Both the position numbers and the translations under genes were made by a program. DNA of 64,000 nucleotides from Planctomycetota bacterium. GTDB taxonomy: Bacteria > Planctomycetota > UBA8108 > SXIK01. The notes beneath the pieces are model-generated. The model was not told the DNA's origin. It saw only the letters and a list, made by a program, of their open reading frames with translations, and did no database searches. Below are positions 19,833 through 29,600 of the stretch, in pieces. Where the stretch lies: the NCBI GenBank assembly GCA_965223845.1, contig CBDCXR010000004.1, forward strand, positions 5,312,001 to 5,376,000. The letters run 5' to 3'. Positions within the stretch are counted from its first letter, which is position 1. Each line of letters opens with the position of its first letter.

Positions 19833-21335
19833 TTACTCGACCTTTTTTCTCCGCGTCGACGAGAGAGTCGAGCTCGGCTCGCCGACGAACTCACCGGCCG
19901 CCGAGAGCGCGGAGTCGGCGAAGTGCGCGCGCTCTTCCCATGTGCCCCAAGCCGCCACCTCGTCCGCGACGAAAGACAAATACTGCGGAATGCGGGTGTT
20001 GATGTTCACGTTCGCGACCGACGGCAATACCGGAACGATGTTCGCCGACGGATGGAAATCGTCGAACCGGATGCGATCGAACGGTTTCCCCTCCACCCCG
20101 AAGTGGTTGAAGATGATCTGAAATGTTCTGAAGTCGAACGCGCGCAGCTCGTTTCCGTCCGCGACGATCCCGAGGCGGCGCAGGCTGTCGAGCCAGCCAT
20201 CGCGCCAGCTTCCTTCCGGCTCGATGGAAAACTCCGCGTCGGCTTTTGGATAGCAGAACTCGACTTGGACGAGGTTGTTCTCGCCGAACGAGATTCGGCC
20301 GGGAAACGACAGTCGATTGATGCGATGGGCCGGATCGCCGACGAGAATTTCCGTCGCGTCCGCGCGCACCTCGTCAGCAAACTCAAAGCTACCGAGAAGA
20401 AACTGATCGGGCTTCAGCTCCGGCGTCGGAAGATCGAGGATTCCCCGAAGAATCCCGATCGGCGCGCACCAGTAGTACCGCTCCGCGGTCACGAGGCGGC
20501 CGCGCGCGCGAACAACGCTCGCCGAGTGACTTCCCGGCGCGATCTCGAGAGCGAGGTCGTCCACTCCCGCAAGGACTTCGGTGCCGAGCTCGATCAGACG
20601 CGAGTGGAACGCGTTCGCAAACGCGCCGAATCCCCCGTCTTCCGGATAGAGGTACGCTTCGCCTCCGCTAGCGCGCATGGCATCGTGAAACGTGCGCGAG
20701 ATCTTCGACGACTCCGCGGCGTCCGCGGCCGTCGACGTCCTGCCTGATCGTTCGGCGCGCGGAAAGAACCACGGATAGAGTGCGCCGACGAGCCTCGACT
20801 CGTCGATGTCGAAGCGCGCGTGCCGCGCGTCGGACGGATAGGACGCGAGGACGTCGTCGAAGATGAGATCGACAAACGGACGACCGAAGCTCTCCGCGAG
20901 GTTGTCGCGAGTGAGCGGTCGATCCGCGACCTTGTCGACGAGTGGACTCGACGGAAGCAGCTCGCGCAGCGAGTCCGGCCACGCGTCGACGGGGGCGTCG
21001 TAGTCGACGATCTCCCCGCGAAGCACGATCTGCCGCTTTTTCTTTCCCCGGCGAACGCGGCCGCCGACGAGATCGGTGAAGAGCTTCGTCGTCAAAGGCG
21101 AGCGATCTGCGTCGAGAAGATGAAGGCCCGCGTCGAACTGTCTGCCGTTTTCGTTCTTGAACGATTGATCGCCGCCGCCGAGGAACGGCGAGCGTTCGAG
21201 AAGAAGAACTCGGAATCCCATACACGCGAACGTGTAGGCGACGAAGAGACCCGCTAGATTGCCTCCGATGATGACTGCATCGTAATCCTCGCGCTCTGGC
21301 TCGGAGAGTAACGACGGCCTCGCGATGCGATTCAT
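19833..21335 (-). CDS. FAD-dependent oxidoreductase (protoporphyrinogen oxidase / UDP-galactopyranose mutase-like)
   Basis: AVIIGGNLAGL, LERSPFLGG, FDAGLH, YLYPEDGGFG. Confidence 0.75.
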   Translation of the reverse strand: MNRIARPSLLSEPEREDYDAVIIGGNLAGLFVAYTFACMGFRVLLLERSPFLGGGDQSFKNENGRQFDAGLHLLDADRSPLTTKLFTDLVGGRVRRGKKKRQIVLRGEIVDYDAPVDAWPDSLRELLPSSPLVDKVADRPLTRDNLAESFGRPFVDLIFDDVLASYPSDARHARFDIDESRLVGALYPWFFPRAERSGRTSTAADAAESSKISRTFHDAMRASGGEAYLYPEDGGFGAFANAFHSRLIELGTEVLAGVDDLALEIAPGSHSASVVRARGRLVTAERYYWCAPIGILRGILDLPTPELKPDQFLLGSFEFADEVRADATEILVGDPAHRINRLSFPGRISFGENNLVQVEFCYPKADAEFSIEPEGSWRDGWLDSLRRLGIVADGNELRAFDFRTFQIIFNHFGVEGKPFDRIRFDDFHPSANIVPVLPSVANVNINTRIPQYLSFVADEVAAWGTWEERAHFADSALSAAGEFVGEPSSTLSSTRRKKVE

Positions 21336-21973
21336 TCCGCGCCCCGCACCTCCGTCCGCTTGCGAAGGATGCAGACGGTCGCTCGATCGGGACCGCCTTC
21401 ATAAGGGAAGACGTTTTCGTAAACGACGGAGTACGCTGGATGCCATGCGAACATCGCGGCGTAATTCATCTTGTAGCTCATCAGCCCCTCACGGTGGTGG
21501 TACGGGTTCGTGTGCGGTTTCTCCGCGTAGAAATCGTAGATGATGATCGCCCCGTCGACCTCGACCACTCGATCCGCCTCTCGCGCGATCGTGAAGAGGT
21601 CTTCACGATCACACAAGTAGAGACAGAACCCGAAGACGACGAGATCGAACTCGCAGGCACCGAACGGCAGCCGCTCTGCAGTCCCCGCGTGAAGCTCGAG
21701 CCGCGGATACGCCTTGCGCCCGGACCTCACCGCGAGCGACGACGGGTCGAGACCGACGCATCGATCAGGCGCGAGCCGCTGTCGAATCTCTTCGAGGCGC
21801 CAGCCGTTCGCGGCGCCGATCTCGAGGATTCGTCGCGGAGTCTGCCCCAACCGCTCGAGCGCCGACAACACCGGGTCGTCTTCTGCCCTTCGCTCGAGCT
21901 TGCTACAATCCGCCAGGTTTCTCAGAAAGTACTGGTCGCCTTCGGTCTCGGTGAAGGCTCGCTTCTGCTCCAT
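21332..21973 (-). CDS. Class I SAM-dependent methyltransferase
   Basis: EGDQYFLRN, ILEIGAANG, GLDPS, FDLVVFGFCLY. Similar to the 19094..19810 protein; ATGA overlap with the next gene. Confidence 0.88.
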   Translation of the reverse strand: MEQKRAFTETEGDQYFLRNLADCSKLERRAEDDPVLSALERLGQTPRRILEIGAANGWRLEEIRQRLAPDRCVGLDPSSLAVRSGRKAYPRLELHAGTAERLPFGACEFDLVVFGFCLYLCDREDLFTIAREADRVVEVDGAIIIYDFYAEKPHTNPYHHREGLMSYKMNYAAMFAWHPAYSVVYENVFPYEGGPDRATVCILRKRTEVRGAE

Positions 21974-22023
21974 CCAATTACCCCGTAAATACTGGATGAA
22001 ACCCTACTCGAGGACGACCGAAT

Positions 22024-23244
22024 TTGCACGACGACACCGCCGGCGAAACGCCCGATCCCGATCGCGCCGCGACGTGCGCGGAGTCCTCGAGCGAGCCTTC
22101 GCCTTCGGCGTTCGTCGCAGCTTCGCCTCGGCATATTTTGATTTCGGCCGCACTCGCTTCGACCGCGGATTGCGGAGAGAACCACCTCTACTATCTTCAA
22201 TCGCTCTCGACGGAGTCCACGGAGCTCATCGCGGAAGCGGTGCGATCTTGGGAGGCCTCTCCGTTCGAGACGGTCACGGTTCTCCGGCACACACCTTCGG
22301 ATAGTCGTCTCCCGAGAACATTCCGGCGCCGCGAGAAGCGTGAATTCCGCGCCGAAAACCGCGCGCGACTCAAGAGCGATATCGCTCGACTTCGGCCCGC
22401 GCGCGTCTACGTCGGCACGGACAAACGCTTCGAGACGATGTTCGCGCTCTGGCGGGGGAAGCGCGAGAACGACGGCTGTGTCGGAATCTTCTTCGAAGAT
22501 GGCACCGGTGCCTACGCTCACACGGTGAGGACGACGGGATTCGTTCGCCGCTTCCTCTTCAATTGGCGGCGAAAGTGGAACTACGGCTGGTGGTGGGACA
22601 ACCACGTCGTCATGGGGAGCTCACGCTACGTCGACGAGGTCGTCGCAGCGCTGCCGGATCTCGTCGTGCCCGCGCTCAAGCGAAAACGGGTGCGTTCGCT
22701 CGACGTCGAGTACTTCCGGAGCGATGGTCCGCGACGTCTCGCCGCCCTTCTCGCCGGCGCTCTCGGACTCGCGGCGACCGATCTCAGCGCAGTCGAAATC
22801 GTGGTCGTCCTCACGACGTCACGCGTCGCGAGAACTCTTCCGCGTCACGCGGAGCTCGTCGAAGGCGTGCTTCGCGAGGCGAATGCGCGCGGCCTTTCCG
22901 TCGCGATCAAGGCGCACCCGCGGGAGCCGCGTCCCGAGTTCATGCCGAGTGCGTGGCTCGACTCCGCATTCGAGATTCCCGCCGCGATGCCGTTCGAGCT
23001 CCTCGCTCTTCTCCTCGGAACGGCCATCGTCGTCGGAGATGTTTCGACGAGTCTCTTTGCGGCGAAGTGGTTGCGACCATCACTCGACGTCGTCTCCCTT
23101 GCAGCAAGCGGGGATCACCGCGAACCGGGCGGTGCTCGAAACGCAAAGGATCCTCTGCACGGGCTCCTCCGCGCCGTCGGCGTCAGGATCGAGTCGGATC
23201 CGTCACGGGTCTTCGCTCGAAGCGAGGGTCGAGGAGTCCCCTGA
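22024..23244 (+). CDS. Putative sialyltransferase-like (nonulosonic acid) glycosyltransferase
   Basis: FEDG, KAHPRE and STS motifs, matching the D/E-D/E-G, HP and S(S/T) signatures of bacterial GT-B sialyltransferases. Start uncertain. Confidence 0.65.
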   Translation: MHDDTAGETPDPDRAATCAESSSEPSPSAFVAASPRHILISAALASTADCGENHLYYLQSLSTESTELIAEAVRSWEASPFETVTVLRHTPSDSRLPRTFRRREKREFRAENRARLKSDIARLRPARVYVGTDKRFETMFALWRGKRENDGCVGIFFEDGTGAYAHTVRTTGFVRRFLFNWRRKWNYGWWWDNHVVMGSSRYVDEVVAALPDLVVPALKRKRVRSLDVEYFRSDGPRRLAALLAGALGLAATDLSAVEIVVVLTTSRVARTLPRHAELVEGVLREANARGLSVAIKAHPREPRPEFMPSAWLDSAFEIPAAMPFELLALLLGTAIVVGDVSTSLFAAKWLRPSLDVVSLAASGDHREPGGARNAKDPLHGLLRAVGVRIESDPSRVFARSEGRGVP

Positions 23245-24048
23245 CGCGCCCGCCGACGATTCGCGGGCTCGAAACACCTCACGCATCGCGATCGACCCCG
23301 CAACCCCGGCGTTGAGAGACTCCACCTCGGGCGCGTGAGCGAGACGCCAGCGGATGTCGGCAGCGGCGGCGATCTCGTCGGCGAGTCCGGCGTGCTCGGA
23401 CCCGACCGCGAGCGCGATGCGCTCCTCGGCGACCGCGAGGGACTCGAGGGCCGATTCATCGCCGCTCGGCGAGGTCGCCACGATCGTCAACGACTCTCGA
23501 CGGAAACGATCGACTGCCTCCCGCGCGCTAGTCCTGGCGATGCGGAGTCCGAAGAGCGCCCCGGCCGTCGAGCGAACGACTTTCGGTGCGTAGGGATCGG
23601 CCGCGTCTCCGGTCAGGACGACGAGCGAAAAAGAGAACGCGAGCGCAGACCGAAGAAGAGTGCCGAGATTCCCAGGATCGGCGACTCCGTCGCAGATCAG
23701 AACGCGGCGATCGTCCGGACGGAGCTGAGCGTTCAGATCGGCGCGCGGGAGCTCGAACGTCGCGAGGATGCCCTGCGTCGTCTCGGCGTCGGCGGCGCTC
23801 GCGAGTTGCCAGTCTTCGAGCACGATCGGAGCAGCGCCACCTTCGGCGAGCCTCCGAACGAGCTCCGCTCCGCGTTCCGTTCTCGACGCAGCCGCAGAAT
23901 AGACGGCGCGAGGCACGACTCCGAACCGAACCGCTTCCTCGACCACGCGGACGCCTTCAGCGAGGAAGAGGCCCTGCTCTCGCCGACCCCTCTTCGTGCG
24001 AAGGTCTTTCAAATCCTTCAGTTGGCGGCGCGTGAGCGTCAACGGCAA
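23203..24048 (-). CDS. TrmH/SpoU-family RNA methyltransferase
   Basis: FLAEGVRVVEEA, QGILA, DGVADPGNLGTLLRSA, VGSEHAGL, VESLNAGVAG. Confidence 0.9.
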   Translation of the reverse strand: MPLTLTRRQLKDLKDLRTKRGRREQGLFLAEGVRVVEEAVRFGVVPRAVYSAAASRTERGAELVRRLAEGGAAPIVLEDWQLASAADAETTQGILATFELPRADLNAQLRPDDRRVLICDGVADPGNLGTLLRSALAFSFSLVVLTGDAADPYAPKVVRSTAGALFGLRIARTSAREAVDRFRRESLTIVATSPSGDESALESLAVAEERIALAVGSEHAGLADEIAAAADIRWRLAHAPEVESLNAGVAGSIAMREVFRARESSAGASGDSSTLASSEDP

Positions 24049-24124
24049 TCCCGATTCTCGAGCCGAGGAAGAAACAAAGCGGACGCGTCAGAAAACTCGA
24101 GTTTGCACCCCCGATCAAGATGTG

Positions 24125-24970
24125 TCAGTTCGCGGCGGCGCGCACCTCCACCCTCACCGGCCAGTGATCCGACTCGCCAGCGCGAATCACTTCAGCCTTC
24201 GTGGGGGCGAGGTGGCGGGAACAGAAGACGTAATCGATCCGCGCTTGAAACCCGCTCGCGTCGCTTCCGTTCGCCCGCCAGGTGATCTCGGGCTTCGCAC
24301 CGGCGCGGTGGAGTGAGCGAAAGCAATCGGCAAATCCGAGCGCACCCGTGAGGTAGACGATCCCCGGCTCCGTTTCGAGGCTGTTGAAGTCGCCCGCGAC
24401 GATTGCCGGGGCTTCGGTGTCGAGCGACTTCGCGAAGTGACGCAGCTCCGCTGCGCGGAGAGCCGCCGTCTCGAGATAGGAGCGCGCGCGCTCGAGCGGA
24501 GTCCCTGAGAGCACACGCGGCGCGGGAAGATGCACGTTTAGGAACTGAATGGGACCGATCGGAGACCGAGCGAGAACCGATACGGCGTCGAGGGCTCGTT
24601 CGCTGGCCGAGGAGTGCGGGATCGAGCGCGCTTCGGCGAACTCGAACCGCGAGAGAATCGCGTAGCCGCCGCCTCGATCGGCGACGGCGCGGATCACGGC
24701 GAACGGGTAGTCGTTCTCGAGCCCCGCCCGAATCGCCGCTTCGTGCGCCGGCGCGACCTCCTGGAGACAAACGACGTCGGCGTCGGCCTCACGAATCACG
24801 CGGACGACGCCGGCCGAGTCGGCGTTTCGGTAGAGCACGTTCCAGGTGAGGATCGAGAGGGAATCGCGGGGAGGGGATTCGCAACCGCTCACGGCGAGAC
24901 TGAAGATGGCGAACGACGCGATCAGACTTCGGCGACCCACCGGCACGGATTCCGCTCTCGTCCGCCTCAC
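24125..24970 (-). CDS. Endonuclease/exonuclease/phosphatase family lipoprotein
   Basis: Lipobox LAVSGC; LTWNV, CLQE, ILSRF, NVHL, AGDFN, RIDYVF, SDHWPV. Confidence 0.88.
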   Translation of the reverse strand: MRRTRAESVPVGRRSLIASFAIFSLAVSGCESPPRDSLSILTWNVLYRNADSAGVVRVIREADADVVCLQEVAPAHEAAIRAGLENDYPFAVIRAVADRGGGYAILSRFEFAEARSIPHSSASERALDAVSVLARSPIGPIQFLNVHLPAPRVLSGTPLERARSYLETAALRAAELRHFAKSLDTEAPAIVAGDFNSLETEPGIVYLTGALGFADCFRSLHRAGAKPEITWRANGSDASGFQARIDYVFCSRHLAPTKAEVIRAGESDHWPVRVEVRAAAN

Positions 24971-25180
24971 CTCCCCGCATCCTCCGCAGCGTCCAGCCGT
25001 TTTCCCCGCGCGATGCGATCATGGTAGCGCGAATGCGCGGCGCGCGACATCGAGATCGGTTCACCGCCGCCACGGATCTCGCGGGCTCGCGGCCTTTCGC
25101 ATTCGAGCACATCTCCGGATACACTGCCCAAAACTGCGAGAGGCAGAACTCTCGCCGAAATCGAATCAGAGAGGAGTGAC

Positions 25181-25789
25181 ATGGACACCTTCGAAGCGAT
25201 CTACGGCCGACGCGCGGTCAAACACTTCGATCCCGACCACAAGATGAGCGACGCGGAAATCGAGAAGCTTCTCGAAGCCGCGATTCAGTCGCCGACCTCG
25301 TTCAACATTCAGCATTGGCGCTTCGTCGTAGTGCGCGATCCCGATCTTCGGCAGCAGATTCGAGAGAACGGGAACGACCAAGCACAGATGACGGACGCAT
25401 CGCTCCTCATTCTCATGACGGGCGACGTGTTGGCATGGAAGAAGGACCCGCAGCGCTACTGGAGAAACGCTCCGCCGGAGGTCGCGGAATTGCTCGTCAA
25501 CTGGATGGGCCCGTTTCACGAAGGAAAGGACCAGCTTCAGCGCGACGAGGCCCAGCGCTCGATCGGCATGGCGATGCAAACCATCATGGTCGCGGCGAAG
25601 GCGATGGGGTACGAGTCCTGTCCGATGATCGGATTCGATCACGACGCCGTCGCGAAGCTCGTCCGGCTCCCCGATGACCACTGTATCGGGCCGATGATCG
25701 CTGTCGGAAAGGGCACGAAGGACGCGTGGCCGAAGCCCGGGCAGCTCGCGCTCAGCGAAGTCGTCGTGAACGACCGCTTTCCCGCCTGA
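25181..25789 (+). CDS. Nitroreductase family protein
   Basis: AGGAG RBS; RRAVKHF, SPTSFNIQHWRF, MGYESCPMIGFD. Confidence 0.92.
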   Translation: MDTFEAIYGRRAVKHFDPDHKMSDAEIEKLLEAAIQSPTSFNIQHWRFVVVRDPDLRQQIRENGNDQAQMTDASLLILMTGDVLAWKKDPQRYWRNAPPEVAELLVNWMGPFHEGKDQLQRDEAQRSIGMAMQTIMVAAKAMGYESCPMIGFDHDAVAKLVRLPDDHCIGPMIAVGKGTKDAWPKPGQLALSEVVVNDRFPA

Positions 25790-25820
25790 CCGCGATCGAG
25801 CATCCGCGGAAGCTAACGGC

Positions 25821-26369
25821 ATGAGCGACCTGGCGGCGTACCTCTACGAAATCGGCCAACTGAAGCGAGTCCCTCGCTCGGGTTGGACGCTCGTGGGTGT
25901 CGCCAGGCCGGAATGCGTTGCGGAGCACACGTTTCGAACGGCGGTGATCGCGTTCGTCCTCGCCGAACGCTCGGGAGCCGACCCGCACCGCGCGGCGTCG
26001 CTCGCGCTCTTTCACGACACAGCGGAAGCCCGCGTAGGCGACGCGCATCGCATCGCGAAGCGCTACGTCGACTGGTCGAAAATCCAAGAGCGGGCGGTCG
26101 GCGATCAGACCGCTTCACTCCCCGATGAGCTCGGTCGCACGATTCGCTCTCTCTGGGCCGAAGCGGATGCGGTGGAGAGCGCCGAGGCGCGGATCGTCCG
26201 CGACGCGGATCACCTCGAATGCCTTCTTCAGGCGAAGGAATACGCCGCGCGAGGATTCGAAACTGCCGAGTGGATCGAGAGCGCGGTGAATGCGCTCCTC
26301 ACCGACGAAGCGCGGGTGCTCGCCAAGGAGATCGTCGATACCCCTCCCGACGCGTGGCAGAGCGCGTGA
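25821..26369 (+). CDS. HD-domain hydrolase (5'-deoxynucleotidase-like)
   Basis: LKRVPRSGW, ECVAEHTFR, LFHDTAEARVGD, DADHLE. Confidence 0.88.
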   Translation: MSDLAAYLYEIGQLKRVPRSGWTLVGVARPECVAEHTFRTAVIAFVLAERSGADPHRAASLALFHDTAEARVGDAHRIAKRYVDWSKIQERAVGDQTASLPDELGRTIRSLWAEADAVESAEARIVRDADHLECLLQAKEYAARGFETAEWIESAVNALLTDEARVLAKEIVDTPPDAWQSA

Positions 26370-26618
26370 TTGCACGGGGAGGCGCGGCGACGCCGGTTGT
26401 TAGGTAAGGCGACTTGGGCCTTCGGTGGATGATGTCCGCGGGCGAAGCGGTGTGCATCCCCGCCGTGACCGGTCACGCTTGAAAACTCGATTCGTGTGAC
26501 CTACGGTTGCGATGCCCCTAGCATCCTCAGTCTCCGCGATCCGAGCCGAGTAAGCCCCTGCTTCAAGCGGCAGCTCGGCCGAGGTGCTCGATCTTTCTCA
26601 AGAAACGCGCAGTTCTAA

Positions 26619-29600
26619 ATGGCACTCGAAACTAGACCACTTTCGTCGAGGTCGAACCGAAGCTCATCGTTTACACGGCGAAGGCTTGCATCGGTGACTC
26701 GGTTGGTGCTCTGTACCGCGCTTTCATGCGTCGCCGCGAACGCAGATCCAATCGAGTCGCGTCCGATCACGTTCGAACCCGTCGGCTCCGAGCCGAGCGA
26801 TCGATACTTGATGCGCGGTTCGGCGTACTCAGCGATCATCGAAGCGCGCCAGATCGTAGTGTCGGGGCGAGGGGGAGCACGTCCGATCCGAATTCGATGG
26901 GTCGGCGCGCGAAGCGGAACGACGATCGGCGCCCAGGGGAGGCTCGCCGGCGTCAGCAACTACGTCCTCGGTGATCAACCCGACGAGTGGCGACTCGGCG
27001 TGCCCCACTACCGAAAGGTGGTCGCGCGAGGCGTCTATCCCGGTGTCGACGTGGTCTATTACGACCAGGGCGGCAGGCTCGAGTTCGATTTCGTTGTCGC
27101 ACCGGGTGCGGACGCGTCTCTCGTGCGCTTCGAGATCGTGAATGGAAACGACGTCGAAGTCGATGCCGCGGGCGACCTCGTCATGCACGAACCGGGTGGC
27201 GCCTTTCGACTCCTCCGCCCGAAGGTCTATCAAGACGTCGATGGCGAGCGGCGTACGATCGCCGCTCGCTACGTACCGGCCCGATCGTCGTCGGCAGCGG
27301 CGACGACCTATGCATTCGAACTCGCGTCGTACGATACTGATCGCCCCCTCGTCATCGATCCGATTCTCGCGTACGCGCGACGATTCGGCGGCGACGCACT
27401 CGACGACGTGACCGGTGTCGCGGTCGACGCGGACGGGAACGTCTATCTCACGGGCTACACCCAATCCCTCGACTTCTCCTCACCCGAGGGAGAAGACACG
27501 GTCGATTTCGGCGACCGAGGCGGCTCGGATGCCTACGCGTTGAAGCTGTCGGCCGACGGAAGCACGGTCCTCTACTCGACGATTCTCGGCGGAGATCGGC
27601 CCGATCGAAGCCTCGGCATCGTCGTCGATGAAGAGAACAACGCGTACCTCGCGGGCACCACTTCGTTCGTTGACTCTGGCTTTCCTACGACCGAAGGTGC
27701 GTACCGCGCCGCACCCGCGGACTTTTTCATCGCGAAGCTCGGTCCGGACGGGAACCTCGAGTATTCGACGTTTGTCGGCGGACTCAATATCGCGAGCTTC
27801 GGCGGGCTCGCGCTGCACGGTTCGGGAGAGTCGGCGCGCGTTGCGATCGTGGGGTCGACCGTCGCCGGATTCCCGACGACGGCGAACGCCTTCCGGCGAG
27901 GAATCAGCGGTCCCTCGGACACGTTTCTCTTCGTCCTCGAGCCGGCCGGAGGCGCCCCGGCCGAGCAGCTCATCTACTCGACCTACTTCGGCTCCGATTC
28001 GTTCGATAGCGGTATCGCCGTCGCGTCCGGACCGGACGGAAAGTTCTGTGTCACAGGAACGGCTCAAGGGGATCTGCCGCTTCGACACGCATTCGACACC
28101 TCGAGAGAAGGAAACCGCGAGGCGTTCCTCGCGGTTTTCGACTTGGGGCGATCGGGTGACGACTCGCTGGTCTACAGCAGCTACGTCGGCGGGAGTCGAG
28201 ACGAAAACGGCGCCGCGGGAGACGGGGGCGTCGCCGTCGACGCGTCCGGCGTCGTCCTCGTAGCGGGAACGACGACGTCGACCGATTTTCCTGTCACTCC
28301 GGAGGGATACCGCGTTTCACGCGAGAGCGCGGACGCGTTTCTCGTCGCGATCGATCCGACACTTCCCGGAGGTGACTCGCTCGTCTACGGCACGTACTTC
28401 GGCGGGCTCGGAGCCGACGCGGGTACCGCCGTCGCCGCCGGCCCTCCCGGCATCGCGTACCTCGCCGGCTTCACGTCGTCCGCAGAGCTCCCCGGGCGTG
28501 GAGGCGATCCGGCCGAGAAGTTCGGCGCCGGAGCGCGCGGCACCGGGCAAGACGCGTTCGTGGCGAAGATCGACTGGAGACGCCTCGCGAGCGATTCCTT
28601 GATCGACGCCGCCTACGTCGGCGGCGGAGGAGCCGACTTCGCGCGATGGGTCGTGGCTCACGACATCGATACCGTCTTCCTCGCGGGCGACACCTCGTCC
28701 GGCGATGCGTTCGAGCCGACCCCCGGATTCGGACAGAAGGATGGCTTCGTCGCTCGCGTTCACACCCGAGTGCAGCTGCCCGACGGTGTAGTCGGAGTCA
28801 GCTCGAGCGACGATCTCGAGCTCGACTTCGGCGAGGCGCCGTACGAGTGGACGGTGATGTCAGGCGACGTTCCGGAAGGATTGGTCGTCTCCGGCGACGG
28901 CGTTCTCTCGGGCGAGCCCGAAACTCTCGGCGATTTCACCTTCACGGTCGAAGGACGAGACGCGGCGGGGACGACGCGTGCGGTGACGTACGGAAAGCGC
29001 GTCGGCGACGGCGCGACGCCCGGAGACGTCCTCATCCGCAAGGCCGCGGCGATCCCGGTGCCGGGGCGTACTTTCCCGTACTACATCCTCCTCCGCAATC
29101 GAACGGATCGGACGCTCTACAACGTCGGCGTCGTCGAAATCCTCGAGTTCTTCTTTCAATTCGTCTCGGCCACACCGGCGCCGACGCTCATCGAGCCCCC
29201 GCCGACCGGAAACGTGTACTGGACGATTCCCGAGATGCGGCCCGGCGAGCTCAAGGCGATTACGTACCGAGTTCGACTGCCGGACGACTTTCCCGTCGGG
29301 ATCGAGCTCAGTGGTGAGGCTTGCCTCACGGAGGAGGACTGCGGGAAAGAAAAGGCCGAATGCTTCAAGATGGGGAAAGAGCGCTGCGAGAACGCGGGCT
29401 GTGTGGGACCGGGAAGCGTCGGATCGTGCAATCTGTGCAACAAGCAGGAAGGCGAGTTCTGTCAGTCCGAATGGCTCCGCTGCATCGCCCTCGTCGGGAA
29501 AGGCTCGTCGCAGGCGCTCGAGGAAGGTAGCTTCGGCGGCGGCTGCTGGACGAAACGACGCCGCACGCAGCGACCGGTGGATCCGAATCAGAAGGGAGTC

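Noticed and set aside
23203-23244. Convergent 3' overlaps (42 bp here, 23 bp at 55710-55732)
   Set aside because: Short tail-to-tail overlaps are common in GC-rich genomes and imply nothing specific.
26370-26618. Possible structured leader RNA before the SBBP gene
   Set aside because: Only one modest hairpin (gccgag...ctcggc), with no recognisable riboswitch consensus or terminator.
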